Positions 30,009 through 40,598 of a stretch of DNA of 64,000 nucleotides are shown here, one piece after another; position 1 is the first letter of the stretch, and the number at the start of each line of letters is the position of its first letter. Source of the DNA: a virus; the IMG/VR virus record IMGVR_UViG_3300044568_004391, positions 1 to 64,000 of that record. The stretch is one strand, 5' to 3'. Under the pieces are notes generated by a model. The model saw only the letters and a program-made list of their open reading frames with translations. It had not been told where the DNA came from and searched no databases. Position numbers and translations under genes: made by a program.

Positions 30009-31084
30009 ATTTCAAACAACAATTCAGTAGTGCATTGACAAAAGCCATCGGAAAAGAAGGTGTTGGTAGAAAAGAGCCATGGGATTTATCAGACCAAAGT
30101 AAAACATTGTCTAAATTGAAAAGGATGATTAAGAACGGAGAAGAAGACGAAATGGAGGTTGAAGGTGAAATGGACGAAGCAACAGGGTCAGGAAGTGCGG
30201 GAGGATATTCGGCACCACTTTTTGGTACGGTCAAAAAAGAGAATGTTACAGAAATGACTACAACAAGTAGTTCGGGTGCTTACATATACTCAAACCCAAT
30301 AAGTAAAAACAAAAAAAAGTCGGAAAATAAGATAGAAACGAACGAAGCGACAACCGCTGCTGAAGTAGGTAGATACGGTGGACCGGCATTCTTAGCAAAA
30401 AACAAAAAGAATTGGAGAGGGAAAGCAAAACCTGCATTCCCCGATGGTAAGTTTGTTCAAGTCAAAGAAGAGTGTAAAACATTTCCATATTGTATTGAAG
30501 GTGGTTTGGAACATATCAATATGACTGAAAGTAAAAAATTGATAGAAGAGAAAAAAGGTGGATTATCAAAAGGAATGACATTAAAAGACATTGCAAAAAA
30601 ACATAATACAGAGTATAACGAAAATTATTACAAAAAACTCCAACAAGAATTTAAAAAGGGTACCAGAGTTGAAAAAGAACATACTGATGATCCAAAATTG
30701 GCACAAAGAATAGCAATGGATCATTTGGTTGAAGACCCCGAATACTACACCAAATTGAAAAAAATTGAGGAGGGAGATGGTAAAAAAGTTGAAGCTAAAG
30801 AAGCGACGACATCCGCATCATCAGGTGCCTATAGTGGTCCAGCATTTTTAGCAAAAAACAAAAAGAATTGGAGGGGAGGTGCAAAACCCATATATTCAGG
30901 TGGTCAGTTTGTTCAAGTTAAGAAAAGATGTAAAACATTTCCATATTGTAATCAAGGTGATATAAACGCACTTAAGTTAACTGAAAATAGATTGTTGGCC
31001 GAGGCGGTTGAAAATGTAAGTAAGAAAACAGGATTGAGTCAGGAAATGATTTTGAATATGATCCTGAAAGAAATTGGAAAATAA
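30005..31084 (+). CDS. internally repeated protein with DUF5661-like segment (putative head protein)
   Basis: Duplicated GPAFLAKNKKNWRG...CKTFPYC module; G..VEKEHTDD...IAMDHL.EDP.YY. Confidence 0.6.
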   Translation: MNFKQQFSSALTKAIGKEGVGRKEPWDLSDQSKTLSKLKRMIKNGEEDEMEVEGEMDEATGSGSAGGYSAPLFGTVKKENVTEMTTTSSSGAYIYSNPISKNKKKSENKIETNEATTAAEVGRYGGPAFLAKNKKNWRGKAKPAFPDGKFVQVKEECKTFPYCIEGGLEHINMTESKKLIEEKKGGLSKGMTLKDIAKKHNTEYNENYYKKLQQEFKKGTRVEKEHTDDPKLAQRIAMDHLVEDPEYYTKLKKIEEGDGKKVEAKEATTSASSGAYSGPAFLAKNKKNWRGGAKPIYSGGQFVQVKKRCKTFPYCNQGDINALKLTENRLLAEAVENVSKKTGLSQEMILNMILKEIGK

Positions 31085-32890
31085 ATGCCAACGGCTAGAC
31101 CATTTGCATATAACACAGGGTCACCTATACCCGGTACATTACAAATTGGTGATTTAGCAATTGGTGTTGACCCATTAGATTATTCAACAAACCCTGGTGG
31201 TGTTCAATGGTGGAATGGACCAGATGAAGACCTTGGATATGTAATTGCTCATCCGACGCCGGCAGGGAATCAACCAAACCCTCTTGGAATTCCAGCCTAC
31301 TTGGGATTTTGGAGATCTGAGTTTTTAACTGAAGCATCTTTTATTGGACTTGCTGAATATGTTTCCAACCAACACGGAGATCCACAAACATTTTTAACAG
31401 GATCAAGTGCTAAAACTTGGTTAAACAATAATGGTTATTGGACTTCATATGACGAGATTCAACCAATTGTTTATTTGGATTCGGGTAATAACTTATCATA
31501 TTCAGGATCTGGTAGTATATGGTACGATTTGGAGGGTGTTAGTAATAACGCAACATTAATAAATACACCAACATATTCATCAAGTTATCAAGGAATTTTA
31601 AGTTTTGATGATACATCATCTGAGTATGCAACAATACCTGACATTGGAGATTTAAATCAATGGACTGTTGAAGTTTGGTTTAGGATTTCTAAATCTTTGA
31701 CGGGTAAAGTATCCTCACTTGTCACCAATCAGTATAATTTATCAACTAAACTAAATTTCAGTGTTGGTACAAACAACGCACCAAGTAGTTATAATCTCGT
31801 TGTTGGTTTTTTTGATGGAGCATGGAGAAACACAACAGGGTTTGTTCCGAGTTTGAATACTTGGTATCAGGTTGTTGGAACTTATGATGGATCGGTATTA
31901 AGACAATATGTAAATGGAACTGCCTCGGGAGGTACATTAAACTACGCCGGAACACCACAGAGTGGTGGAGAGGTAAGATTGATGAGGAGGTGGGACTCAA
32001 CGGTTTCTTCGGGTAACTTAATTGCTGGTGATTTAGCGATTGTAAAAATTTATGATCAAGCTCTTAGTGACTCAGATATATTAGACAGTTATAATAGCAC
32101 ATACACAAGATTTGTAGATCTAACACCTACTCCTACTCCTACTGTAACACCTACTATAACACCGACCATAACTCCAACCCCAACACCTTCACCTTCACCT
32201 GCTGGAGGTATTGTAACAAGTAACTTATTTATGAAGTTAGATGCTACTAACTATACAAGTGGAACGTGGAATGATGAGACAGCCAACGGAAATAACGCAA
32301 CAATTAATGGTGCGACTTGGTTATCAGATGATGGTGGTATATTTGATTTGGATGGTCTAAATGATAACATAAGTATTCCACACAACTCATCCCTGTCACT
32401 ATCCACAACACAACAGAGGACAATTCAGGTGTGGGTCAAATTTGATACATTACCTGCACTTAACACACAAGGACAACCTGTTTTTGGTAAATTATCAAGT
32501 TCATTTGGTTTTGATGGGTATTGGGGTGGATTATTTTCTAACACAGGAACAATTAGAGTTGTGACTAATGGTACTGCGATTCAGAGAGTTACAACATCAA
32601 CCCTTACAATTACAACAGGAACTTGGTATCTTTATACTTTTATATCTCAGATAACTTCAACTTCAAATACAACTAAAGTATATATCAATACTACAGAATA
32701 TGGATCTACGGCACATGGATCAGATACATATACAGAAACAAACCCCTTATATCTTGGATATATAGGTGATGGTGTTTCATCACCATATTTAAATGGTAAA
32801 ATCGGGGCTTGTTATTTTTATACTTCAGGATTATCTTTATCTGATATTACAACAAATTATAACGCAACTAAATCAAAGTATGGTTTATAA
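31085..32890 (+). CDS. virion protein with two LamG-like domains joined by a TP linker
   Basis: LDSGNNLSYSGSG..W.DL, WYQVVGTYDG, central TPTPTPT linker, second LamG domain. Confidence 0.75.
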   Translation: MPTARPFAYNTGSPIPGTLQIGDLAIGVDPLDYSTNPGGVQWWNGPDEDLGYVIAHPTPAGNQPNPLGIPAYLGFWRSEFLTEASFIGLAEYVSNQHGDPQTFLTGSSAKTWLNNNGYWTSYDEIQPIVYLDSGNNLSYSGSGSIWYDLEGVSNNATLINTPTYSSSYQGILSFDDTSSEYATIPDIGDLNQWTVEVWFRISKSLTGKVSSLVTNQYNLSTKLNFSVGTNNAPSSYNLVVGFFDGAWRNTTGFVPSLNTWYQVVGTYDGSVLRQYVNGTASGGTLNYAGTPQSGGEVRLMRRWDSTVSSGNLIAGDLAIVKIYDQALSDSDILDSYNSTYTRFVDLTPTPTPTVTPTITPTITPTPTPSPSPAGGIVTSNLFMKLDATNYTSGTWNDETANGNNATINGATWLSDDGGIFDLDGLNDNISIPHNSSLSLSTTQQRTIQVWVKFDTLPALNTQGQPVFGKLSSSFGFDGYWGGLFSNTGTIRVVTNGTAIQRVTTSTLTITTGTWYLYTFISQITSTSNTTKVYINTTEYGSTAHGSDTYTETNPLYLGYIGDGVSSPYLNGKIGACYFYTSGLSLSDITTNYNATKSKYGL

Positions 32891-32933
32891 TTGAATTAAC
32901 CAACTTTGAATATATTTATTAATAAAAATCATA

Positions 32934-34130
32934 ATGAAAAATACAGAATTTGATAACCTCGTTGAAAGACTTCTCAATGAAGCTTTGGACGAAAAAATTG
33001 ATGAGATAAAGTCCAAATTGGAAGTTACGGAGAAAAAAGATGAAAAGTGGATTCAACGTATTGATATGAAGAGAGGATTCTTGAAGAAATACTGTGGTGG
33101 TGAAGTGACTTGTGACTGTGTTGAAAAGGCATTAAAAGAAGGTGGTAAACCAGCAAAACGAGCTAATCTTTACTTGAATATGAACTCTGATAAATGCAAG
33201 AGTTTGCAAAAAGAAAACGAAGCGGATAGATTGTTAACTAAATTGGTTGAAGTAATCAAAGAAGAATTAGGTGAGGAAGAGATGACTGAAGGAAATGCAT
33301 TTTCTGAAGCAAGATGTAAAGCAGGTTGTAAAGGAGGAAACGGAGCTAAGATAGAAGGATTTGATGGAAAAGTAGTTAAAGATTGGTCAGACGATGATAA
33401 AGAATCTTGTGGATGTAAAGATTTGAAGGAATCAAGAAAAAAGAAAATGAAGTTGACTGAAAATGAGTTGATTGATTTAATTGAAAGAATTGTTAAAGAA
33501 GAAAAGGCAAAAGGATTACAGGTTTACAACAAAGTTCACAATGAGGACGGAAAAGAAAATAAACAAGCACTTGATGCGGTTGCTAAAAAAATGAAGGACT
33601 ACACCAAAGATGGATCAAACGGTAAATTTGATATGGATCCCGTAATGTTCCCAAAAGGTAATTTGGAATTGAAAAAAGAGAAAGTTAAGAAGTATACACC
33701 ATCAGAGGCAGTTGAAGAGTATATTGAAGCGTTTGCGTATCCAGGACAAACAAACTTGAGATTTGATGAGATCAAACCTGATGATGAGTTAATTAAAAAA
33801 TATTTGGAGGGTGACTCAACAACAGGAAACGCACAGGTTGACAAAGATGGAAAACCACTTGGTAATGTTACACCTGATGAGGTAGGAAAGAGATTTAAGA
33901 AGAACTATGATGAAAATCTTTATGGTATTGAGCAAGCTGAAGGATCATACAAGAGAGTAACACAACCAGTGGATCTTGCAGGTGATAACACAAAAGATGG
34001 TAAATTACAAAAGAAATCAGACAAAGTTTTGACAAAATTAGAATCGGTTGAAGATAAGAAGGAGAAAAAATTGAACGAGGAACTTGAAAAGATTAAATCA
34101 ATCACAGGTTATAATCAGAAAACACAATAA
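32934..34130 (+). CDS. hypothetical protein (putative head-associated)
   Basis: K/E-rich; LVERLLNE and LTENELIDLIERIVKE motifs. Confidence 0.55.
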   Translation: MKNTEFDNLVERLLNEALDEKIDEIKSKLEVTEKKDEKWIQRIDMKRGFLKKYCGGEVTCDCVEKALKEGGKPAKRANLYLNMNSDKCKSLQKENEADRLLTKLVEVIKEELGEEEMTEGNAFSEARCKAGCKGGNGAKIEGFDGKVVKDWSDDDKESCGCKDLKESRKKKMKLTENELIDLIERIVKEEKAKGLQVYNKVHNEDGKENKQALDAVAKKMKDYTKDGSNGKFDMDPVMFPKGNLELKKEKVKKYTPSEAVEEYIEAFAYPGQTNLRFDEIKPDDELIKKYLEGDSTTGNAQVDKDGKPLGNVTPDEVGKRFKKNYDENLYGIEQAEGSYKRVTQPVDLAGDNTKDGKLQKKSDKVLTKLESVEDKKEKKLNEELEKIKSITGYNQKTQ

Positions 34131-34150
34131 GTTCAAATATAAATCTAAAT

Positions 34151-34182
34151 AAATATTCCCGACTTGATCGGGAATATTTTTT
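34151..34182 (+). terminator. intrinsic terminator
   Basis: aaatattcccga-cttga-tcgggaatattt followed by Ts. Confidence 0.8.
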
Positions 34183-34217
34183 ATGTATAATTTTTAATTG
34201 TTTATTAAAATTATATT

Positions 34218-34703
34218 ATGAGAGAAAAAGCAAGCATCGTGAACACATACGACGAGAGGGAACTTGAAATTTGGTACAAGGCAAATAATATAATTGACGA
34301 GTATTGTGAATTATTTGAAGATTTTATTATTGGACTCTATTTTATAATTGATAAGACGTATTTGGGTCCTGACTCAGAGGGTGGTGTTGAAACAAATATA
34401 GTCTTGAATGATCAGGATATCCGTAATCACTTCGATTGGTGTTGGAGAAAAAACATAGATAATTTCAGAAAAGAAAATATTTTCTTTGAAGAAGAAGGTG
34501 ATCACAAAACATACTTTAATCAGTTTTTCAATGAGACATACTATTACCAAAGTATGGTGGAAATCAAAGAAAGTATCCCTGTTTTTTTCTCTGAACTCTT
34601 TGAATATAAAACAGTAGATACTCAAATTAATTTACAAATGATTGTTGAGATCTACAAAAATCTATATAAGTCTTTACAAAAAACAAATAAACCTAATTTT
34701 TAA
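34218..34703 (+). CDS. hypothetical protein
   Basis: 161-aa ORF. Confidence 0.6.
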   Translation: MREKASIVNTYDERELEIWYKANNIIDEYCELFEDFIIGLYFIIDKTYLGPDSEGGVETNIVLNDQDIRNHFDWCWRKNIDNFRKENIFFEEEGDHKTYFNQFFNETYYYQSMVEIKESIPVFFSELFEYKTVDTQINLQMIVEIYKNLYKSLQKTNKPNF

Positions 34704-34731
34704 GTAAAATAAACCAAAACATTTTTAAAAA

Positions 34732-34914
34732 ATGGAAACATTAGAACAAATCAAGACCTTGGTTGAGAGCTTGAACAACGACGCAACAAAATTCTTTACC
34801 AGCGGAAACAAAAGTGCAGGTACAAGAGCTCGTAAAACTTCACAGGAGATCAAGGCTCTTCTTCAAACTTTGAGAGGTGAAATCTTGGAGGAAAGAAAAA
34901 AGGACAATGAGTAA
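34732..34914 (+). CDS. histone H1-like protein (Hc1 family)
   Basis: KFF..GNKSAGTRARK...EIK......R. Confidence 0.8.
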   Translation: METLEQIKTLVESLNNDATKFFTSGNKSAGTRARKTSQEIKALLQTLRGEILEERKKDNE

Positions 34915-35089
34915 TATTCAGTTTTTTTTTGATATGATTTTTTATTTTAGTTTGTTGTCAATCTTCAAACTTATATTTGAATTCGTATCGGCTTTGTTTG
35001 ATAGTCCACCCAAAAGGTTGAGACTATCAAACAATTCTCTTATATTTTATGGAGTAACCTTAAGTTACATTTTATCTTATTTAATATGA
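34907..35089 (+). CDS. small membrane protein
   Basis: Two hydrophobic segments; overlaps both neighbours. Confidence 0.5.
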   Translation: MSNIQFFFDMIFYFSLLSIFKLIFEFVSALFDSPPKRLRLSNNSLIFYGVTLSYILSYLI

Positions 35090-35472
35090 ACTACTTTTTT
35101 TTAGAAAACATTACATATTTTAATAAACTCACAAAGTTGGGAAATTATCTTTGTTTTGAATTTAATTTCCCAACTTCTTGGGAGGTAGACGGAGAACTTG
35201 TCTCTGCATTTAAACACGAATTGAAGAAGGGGGAGAAATTCTACTCACTTTCCCTTTGGACTGAGTTTTCTGATACGCAAGTTTTTTCTATGGAAGAAAC
35301 CGTATCAAAAATTATTAGATACAACAGAGAGTTAGAGGAGAAGGAAAGACTATTCAAGGAAAAGGTCAAAGAACTTCGTAGTATATTTTTGGAAGGAGAC
35401 TTGGATAGTTTGAAGAAGATCAAATTTGAAACAGAGGAATCCATAATAGAATCCGATGAGACGACAAAATGA
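35086..35472 (+). CDS. hypothetical protein
   Basis: Operonic ORF. Confidence 0.55.
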   Translation: MNYFFLENITYFNKLTKLGNYLCFEFNFPTSWEVDGELVSAFKHELKKGEKFYSLSLWTEFSDTQVFSMEETVSKIIRYNRELEEKERLFKEKVKELRSIFLEGDLDSLKKIKFETEESIIESDETTK

Positions 35473-35599
35473 TCTTGAAAGAGAAAGGAAGGATTTTATT
35501 GATTACATAAAGAAGATTGATAAGTCCGAAATTAAAAATACCACTATTGAACAAAATTTCACGTTATGGCAGAGGATAAAGAAGGTTATGGGATTTTGA
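35456..35599 (+). CDS. 47-aa hypothetical protein (not in ORF track)
   Basis: MRRQNDLERERKDFIDYIKK...TLWQRIKKVMGF fills the gap between neighbours. Confidence 0.5.
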   Translation: MRRQNDLERERKDFIDYIKKIDKSEIKNTTIEQNFTLWQRIKKVMGF

Positions 35600-35793
35600 T
35601 TCAGAATTTGGCTGAGGCTTCCGAAAAAATAGTGGAATCCTTTGATAGTGTCGGAAAGATTGAAATCATAGTAAAACTACCGGCAGAAGAGTTGGATAAA
35701 ATCAAAAAATACTTTGGTGAAATTTACCGGATCAATGATAAATATGAATTTGATTTCGGTGATACTAGTTATATTTTTGTCTTGGATAATTGA
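35566..35793 (+). CDS. hypothetical protein
   Basis: 75-aa ORF. Confidence 0.5.
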   Translation: MAEDKEGYGILIQNLAEASEKIVESFDSVGKIEIIVKLPAEELDKIKKYFGEIYRINDKYEFDFGDTSYIFVLDN

Positions 35794-36397
35794 TTACTTG
35801 TCTATAAAGTAATCCTCTGTCATACCCTTTTTCTTCTAACATATCATAAAGTTCTTTTCTCTGAACTTTGGAGTAGTCAGGAACACATATTGAGTGTTTC
35901 TTTGAACTCATTAAATCATCTTGGAGAATGGAGATTAACCTGTCGGCGTCTTCCATAGTTTTAAGTAAAAACAACTCCATATGATCTTCTGCTTGAAACA
36001 ATACTTTGTTATTCAAGGCAACGAAGCTCAACACGCCGGGAAATCTCTTCACATACTTCAATAGAAGGTCATAGGTGAAGTTTACACCTCTGTCATAACT
36101 CCTGATCACTTCTTCTTCGAAGTACTCTCTTTTCTCACATATAGAGAATTCAGAGTTGTCAAGATCTACTTCAACATTCCTTCCGTACTCATCAACATCA
36201 AATAATTTCTTTTGATTTTTTGGACACAACAAAACCAGTTCGTATTTATATTTTTTTCCGTTCTCAAATTGTTTTGGAAATTTAATGTTGTTATTGTCAA
36301 TTAATTTTTTAAATTTAGTTGACGCACCTTGATAACTCTTGTAGGTACGGATTACTTTTTTTAATTTTTTATTTCTAAATAAGACTATCTTATACAT
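35765..36397 (-). CDS. hypothetical protein
   Basis: Long minus-strand ORF; ATG at 36397 (MYKIVLF) avoids overlap with dnaJ. Confidence 0.6.
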   Translation of the reverse strand: MYKIVLFRNKKLKKVIRTYKSYQGASTKFKKLIDNNNIKFPKQFENGKKYKYELVLLCPKNQKKLFDVDEYGRNVEVDLDNSEFSICEKREYFEEEVIRSYDRGVNFTYDLLLKYVKRFPGVLSFVALNNKVLFQAEDHMELFLLKTMEDADRLISILQDDLMSSKKHSICVPDYSKVQRKELYDMLEEKGYDRGLLYRQVINYPRQKYN

Positions 36398-36400
36398 CCT

Positions 36401-37339
36401 ATGGAAGATTTTTATCAAATACTCGGTGTTGAAGAAAACGCGGATAGTACAACCATCAAACGTAAATACCGAGAGTTATCTAAAATATACCATCCCGACA
36501 AAAATCCTCAAGGGGAAGATATGTTTAAAAAAATATCAAACGCTTATGAGGTATTGTCTGACGAAAATAAAAGAAGAGATTATGACTTTAAAAGAAAGAA
36601 TCCATTTGCTGGACAAGGGGGGCCGGGTGGATTTGATCCGTTCATGGAATTCTTCCGAAATCAATCAAGACCTCAAGCACCACCTCGTCCACAACAGCAG
36701 ATGAATATAAGTGTTGGGGTTATTGATGCTTATCTCGGAAATGAAATTGATATGAATTATGCAAGGAATGTGATGTGTGGGTCTTGTAATGGAAGTGGGG
36801 GTGAGAAAAGACCTTGTCAAAACTGCGGATCTTCAGGTTTTATTGTAAGGGAAATTGGAAGTTCTTTCTTCAGACAACGAGTTCAACAACCTTGTCCTGT
36901 ATGTCAAGGGATGGGAAGTCAACTGGTGAATGCATGTTTCGATTGTGGAGGATCGGCAGTTAAGAGAGATATGACAAACTTCAGGATCAAATTACCAAAT
37001 CAAGTTAGTGAAGGACAAAAGATTCGGATGGCAGATGCTGGTGATTATAATCCACAATTCAATATGTATAATGAATTGATAGGTACTATTTCACTTGTTC
37101 CTCAGAATAATTTCAAATTAGAAGGAAAAAACTTTGTCTTTACAAAAGAAATTAACATTAACGATGTCAAAAACGATCCCCACATTATCATCCCACATCC
37201 CGATGGTGAGATGAAGATCAGAATACCAAACAATGGGTCAACAAAAACCCCCTTACGAATAAGGGGGAAGGGGTATGATCCGAACTCAAGTGATTTATTT
37301 GTAAAGTTAGAATTTTTTCTAAATGAATTAATCACTTAA
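36401..37339 (+). CDS. dnaJ: DnaJ chaperone
   Basis: J domain with HPD, G/F region, four CxxCxGx(G) repeats, C-terminal domain. Confidence 0.9.
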   Translation: MEDFYQILGVEENADSTTIKRKYRELSKIYHPDKNPQGEDMFKKISNAYEVLSDENKRRDYDFKRKNPFAGQGGPGGFDPFMEFFRNQSRPQAPPRPQQQMNISVGVIDAYLGNEIDMNYARNVMCGSCNGSGGEKRPCQNCGSSGFIVREIGSSFFRQRVQQPCPVCQGMGSQLVNACFDCGGSAVKRDMTNFRIKLPNQVSEGQKIRMADAGDYNPQFNMYNELIGTISLVPQNNFKLEGKNFVFTKEININDVKNDPHIIIPHPDGEMKIRIPNNGSTKTPLRIRGKGYDPNSSDLFVKLEFFLNELIT

Positions 37340-37361
37340 CATCGTATTTATAAATAAAACT

Positions 37362-37811
37362 TTGCCAGGATTTATAGGTCAAATCAACATTGAGGGAGGA
37401 ACCATTACAGGTTCGAGTTACACATACGACGTAATTGTAAAATCCTGCTCTGAAACTGTATGGGTTCAAATTGGTAATTCTGTTCCCTATTCTTCTTTTC
37501 CCGTTTTTTTTGATGTATTTCAAACGTTGGGTGAGACTTATTGTTATGACTATAATGTAATTGAAGAGAATTTTTTAGCTCAATGTGAGGGAACGGTGAA
37601 TTTCCCAACGCCAACACCAACAATAACCCCAACTATTACCCCTACGGTTTCAGTAACTCCGACAATAACACCTACACATACTAAAACTCCAACAAAAACA
37701 CCCACAGTTACACCAACGAGAACTCAAAATTACGATTGTAATGTTCTTGGAACTGAAAACATGGACAACTTATCGGCGGAAAATGGAGATGAATTATGTA
37801 CGCTTCCATGA
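37362..37811 (+). CDS. small Thr/Pro-repeat virion protein with C-terminal ENG motif
   Basis: TTG start after TATTTAT; TP tract; ends LGTENMDNLSAENGDELC. Confidence 0.6.
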   Translation: MPGFIGQINIEGGTITGSSYTYDVIVKSCSETVWVQIGNSVPYSSFPVFFDVFQTLGETYCYDYNVIEENFLAQCEGTVNFPTPTPTITPTITPTVSVTPTITPTHTKTPTKTPTVTPTRTQNYDCNVLGTENMDNLSAENGDELCTLP

Positions 37812-37835
37812 TAAACGAAAAAAATATAAATAAAA

Positions 37836-40415
37836 ATGCCCACAATCCCAATTTCCTCACTACCCAACTTTGATGAAAACAAGATAGGTACTTGGTTAGT
37901 TATTAATAACTCAGGTGAAACTGAAACCTTTAAAATTCGTAGAGAAGAATTTTTTACATTAAAATCCTATCTCAACGTTCAGGAAATGATTTCTGATCAG
38001 AATATAAATCTGAACGATTACACCGAAACTTATGGTTATTATTTACCCAATGATGGTGGTCAATTGGTTTATCTTATTAAAAATACTGGTACACCCGACG
38101 GTGGATCTGTAATTGAATTGGATAACGGACTATTCGCACATGCTCAATTACCATCTATCCTATCACCAATAATGTGGGGTGGGAAAGTCTTGGATAGTTC
38201 TACTTCTGCAGCAACAACTAACGTTTCTGCTGCTACTAATATGTTTGAATTCATTGCAACAGAAAATACAGCCACTCAAAGTAATGGTAAAAATAGTAGA
38301 AAAGTTAGATTCCCTCAAGGTAATTACTACGTCAACGGAACGATGGTGTTGCCTTCAAAGTTGGGTTCTGGGATCTATGATATTGATTTGAATGGTTGTA
38401 AAATTGTTGGTCTTTCAGCGGCTACGGATTACGCAATATTTCAAAGATTGAAAACCAATATGGATATTGAAACTTACGGATCTATACAAAATTCTTCAGG
38501 GGTTGAATATTTGAATGATAGGGTATTGATTTACAACGGAAATATATATGGACCAAATAGAAATTCAGGAACAATAGGGATTCAGATTCAATGTACCTAT
38601 ACTTCTTCGATTTCAAACATTAACTTTAGTAATTTAGGAACCGGATTGAGTCTTCAGTTTTGTTTGAATACTCAAATATATTCGAATATGTATACATCCT
38701 GTAATTATGGATCATATCTTAGTACTGGAGTTGGTTTTTGGAGTGGTGCAACATCTTCTAATAGTCAATGTAATGTTTCAACAATTAAACAAGATAGACA
38801 TTACTGTACTTATCCTTCACAGGCACCAATATTTATTGGAGGTTCGAGTGGAGTTTCTGTGATTGATTCAATAATAGAGGGTGGGGAAAGCGTCTATGGT
38901 ATTCATTTTAGTGGTATGAACTCAACTGTTGTTAAAGATTTCACAGTTGAAAGATTGCACTTAGAAGTTTCTGACTCAGGATCGAACCAAGGAATTACAG
39001 GTGCTGGAATATTCATTGATTCTCAAGCGGGCGGGGAGGTCAATATACATGGATTGTTTAGTCAATACTCTTACAGTACATTCAACAACGAAAAAAATGA
39101 TTATACAGGTACAACCAACGCAACACCTGGTACTTATATTTTGAGTCAAAGTGATGGTGATTTTACAACCAATGGATCTGGAACGAATTTAACATTTAAA
39201 GTTGTTGTTGGAGGAGGTGGAACAATAACCTCTTGGTCTTTGAGTGGTGATCCATTATCAAGCTCGGGATATAGTGCGGGTGATATTATAACAGTTCCAG
39301 CGGGTACATTCGGAGTGACATCAACTCAAGCTATATTCAAGGTAGATAGGAAAGATATTGATGAAAATGGTAGTATAAAGGCGGGTAATCCTGTTGTTGA
39401 TGCCTCAACATCGAACAGTTCTATGAGACTGAAGTTTCATAGTCTATATTGGCCAACCGGTACAAAAATAAAAGGACCCGTTAGTGATGGTATAGTTTTT
39501 TGGAATTTTGCAGGTTATATACCTGAACAAGTCGCCCAACAGGGTACAGGTTTGAGTAATACGGATTTGCAAGTGACTGATGAATATTGGGTTGCTTGGA
39601 AAAATGACAGTGGTGAGTATGCAGAAGAACAGTATTATAGAATATATTCTGACTCGGTAAATCAGGGTAAACTTGGATTGTCGACTGTTTCTTCATTATC
39701 AAGTTTCAATAGTGTAAATATCTTTCCTGATTTTAATAATCAAAATAAAAAAGCACTTTTTGGACCTAATTTCTTTGATTTCGGAGGAGTTGAATTTCGG
39801 TTTACAAACTCTAATTTGTTTACTGCATTTACAAATTCAGTGTCATTCAGGACAAATGGAGGTAATTTTGATATAACACCCACAGGTGGAGGAGATGTCA
39901 GACTTTTTGACAACGCATATAGATTACCAAAATTATCAGGTAAAACAAATACCACAATCATCAATGATGGATTAGGAACCACCTCATTCGGTTATTTAAG
40001 TGGTCAAATAATCAAAGAAACAATTCTCACGGCAACTACATCTCAATTACAAGAATTGACTGGATCTTTTGCCTTAGTGTCTAACGCTTCAATTACATTT
40101 ACCGCGACTAATACAACACATAAACTTTCGGTTCAAGCTCAAACCCTTAGTACTTCATCTAACAATGTATTTTTTGGTTTGAGTAATAATACGTCAAGTT
40201 ACACTACCTTAGGGGTAAAATATGAAAAATTGGTAAACGTTGCAACAGGACTTCAAAATAATAATGTTAAATGGGTGATTACTGATCTCGTAGTTGGGCA
40301 AAGTTATACGATTAACTTAGCTGGTAAGTTCACAGGTGGTGGTCAATCATATATTGTTTGGGGTGGTAATTCTTCGGGTGGTTATACTGATATAATTATA
40401 ACAATTGAACATTAA
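37836..40415 (+). CDS. tail fibre/tailspike-like protein with beta-helix (pectin-lyase-like) region
   Basis: N-terminal ISSLP; GYY..NDGG, VRFPQGNYYV, beta-helix-like repeats. Confidence 0.65.
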   Translation: MPTIPISSLPNFDENKIGTWLVINNSGETETFKIRREEFFTLKSYLNVQEMISDQNINLNDYTETYGYYLPNDGGQLVYLIKNTGTPDGGSVIELDNGLFAHAQLPSILSPIMWGGKVLDSSTSAATTNVSAATNMFEFIATENTATQSNGKNSRKVRFPQGNYYVNGTMVLPSKLGSGIYDIDLNGCKIVGLSAATDYAIFQRLKTNMDIETYGSIQNSSGVEYLNDRVLIYNGNIYGPNRNSGTIGIQIQCTYTSSISNINFSNLGTGLSLQFCLNTQIYSNMYTSCNYGSYLSTGVGFWSGATSSNSQCNVSTIKQDRHYCTYPSQAPIFIGGSSGVSVIDSIIEGGESVYGIHFSGMNSTVVKDFTVERLHLEVSDSGSNQGITGAGIFIDSQAGGEVNIHGLFSQYSYSTFNNEKNDYTGTTNATPGTYILSQSDGDFTTNGSGTNLTFKVVVGGGGTITSWSLSGDPLSSSGYSAGDIITVPAGTFGVTSTQAIFKVDRKDIDENGSIKAGNPVVDASTSNSSMRLKFHSLYWPTGTKIKGPVSDGIVFWNFAGYIPEQVAQQGTGLSNTDLQVTDEYWVAWKNDSGEYAEEQYYRIYSDSVNQGKLGLSTVSSLSSFNSVNIFPDFNNQNKKALFGPNFFDFGGVEFRFTNSNLFTAFTNSVSFRTNGGNFDITPTGGGDVRLFDNAYRLPKLSGKTNTTIINDGLGTTSFGYLSGQIIKETILTATTSQLQELTGSFALVSNASITFTATNTTHKLSVQAQTLSTSSNNVFFGLSNNTSSYTTLGVKYEKLVNVATGLQNNNVKWVITDLVVGQSYTINLAGKFTGGGQSYIVWGGNSSGGYTDIIITIEH

Positions 40416-40585
40416 TTAACCAACCATTGAATCATATCAACAGTTTCTTTTACACCGCAATAAAAGAGATAAAATGTAAAAGCGAATAAAAAGATTTGTT
40501 GAGGTTTTGAAAAAAATTCAGTAAGTGTCTGTTTTTGTTTATTCTTACACTTTTCACAAGGTTTTTTTTGATTTGAATTTGTCAT
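40412..40585 (-). CDS. small CxxC membrane protein
   Basis: MTNSNQKKPCEKCK plus a hydrophobic helix; start could be 40597. Confidence 0.5.
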   Translation of the reverse strand: MTNSNQKKPCEKCKNKQKQTLTEFFSKPQQIFLFAFTFYLFYCGVKETVDMIQWLVN

Positions 40586-40598
40586 AGTATTTATCATT

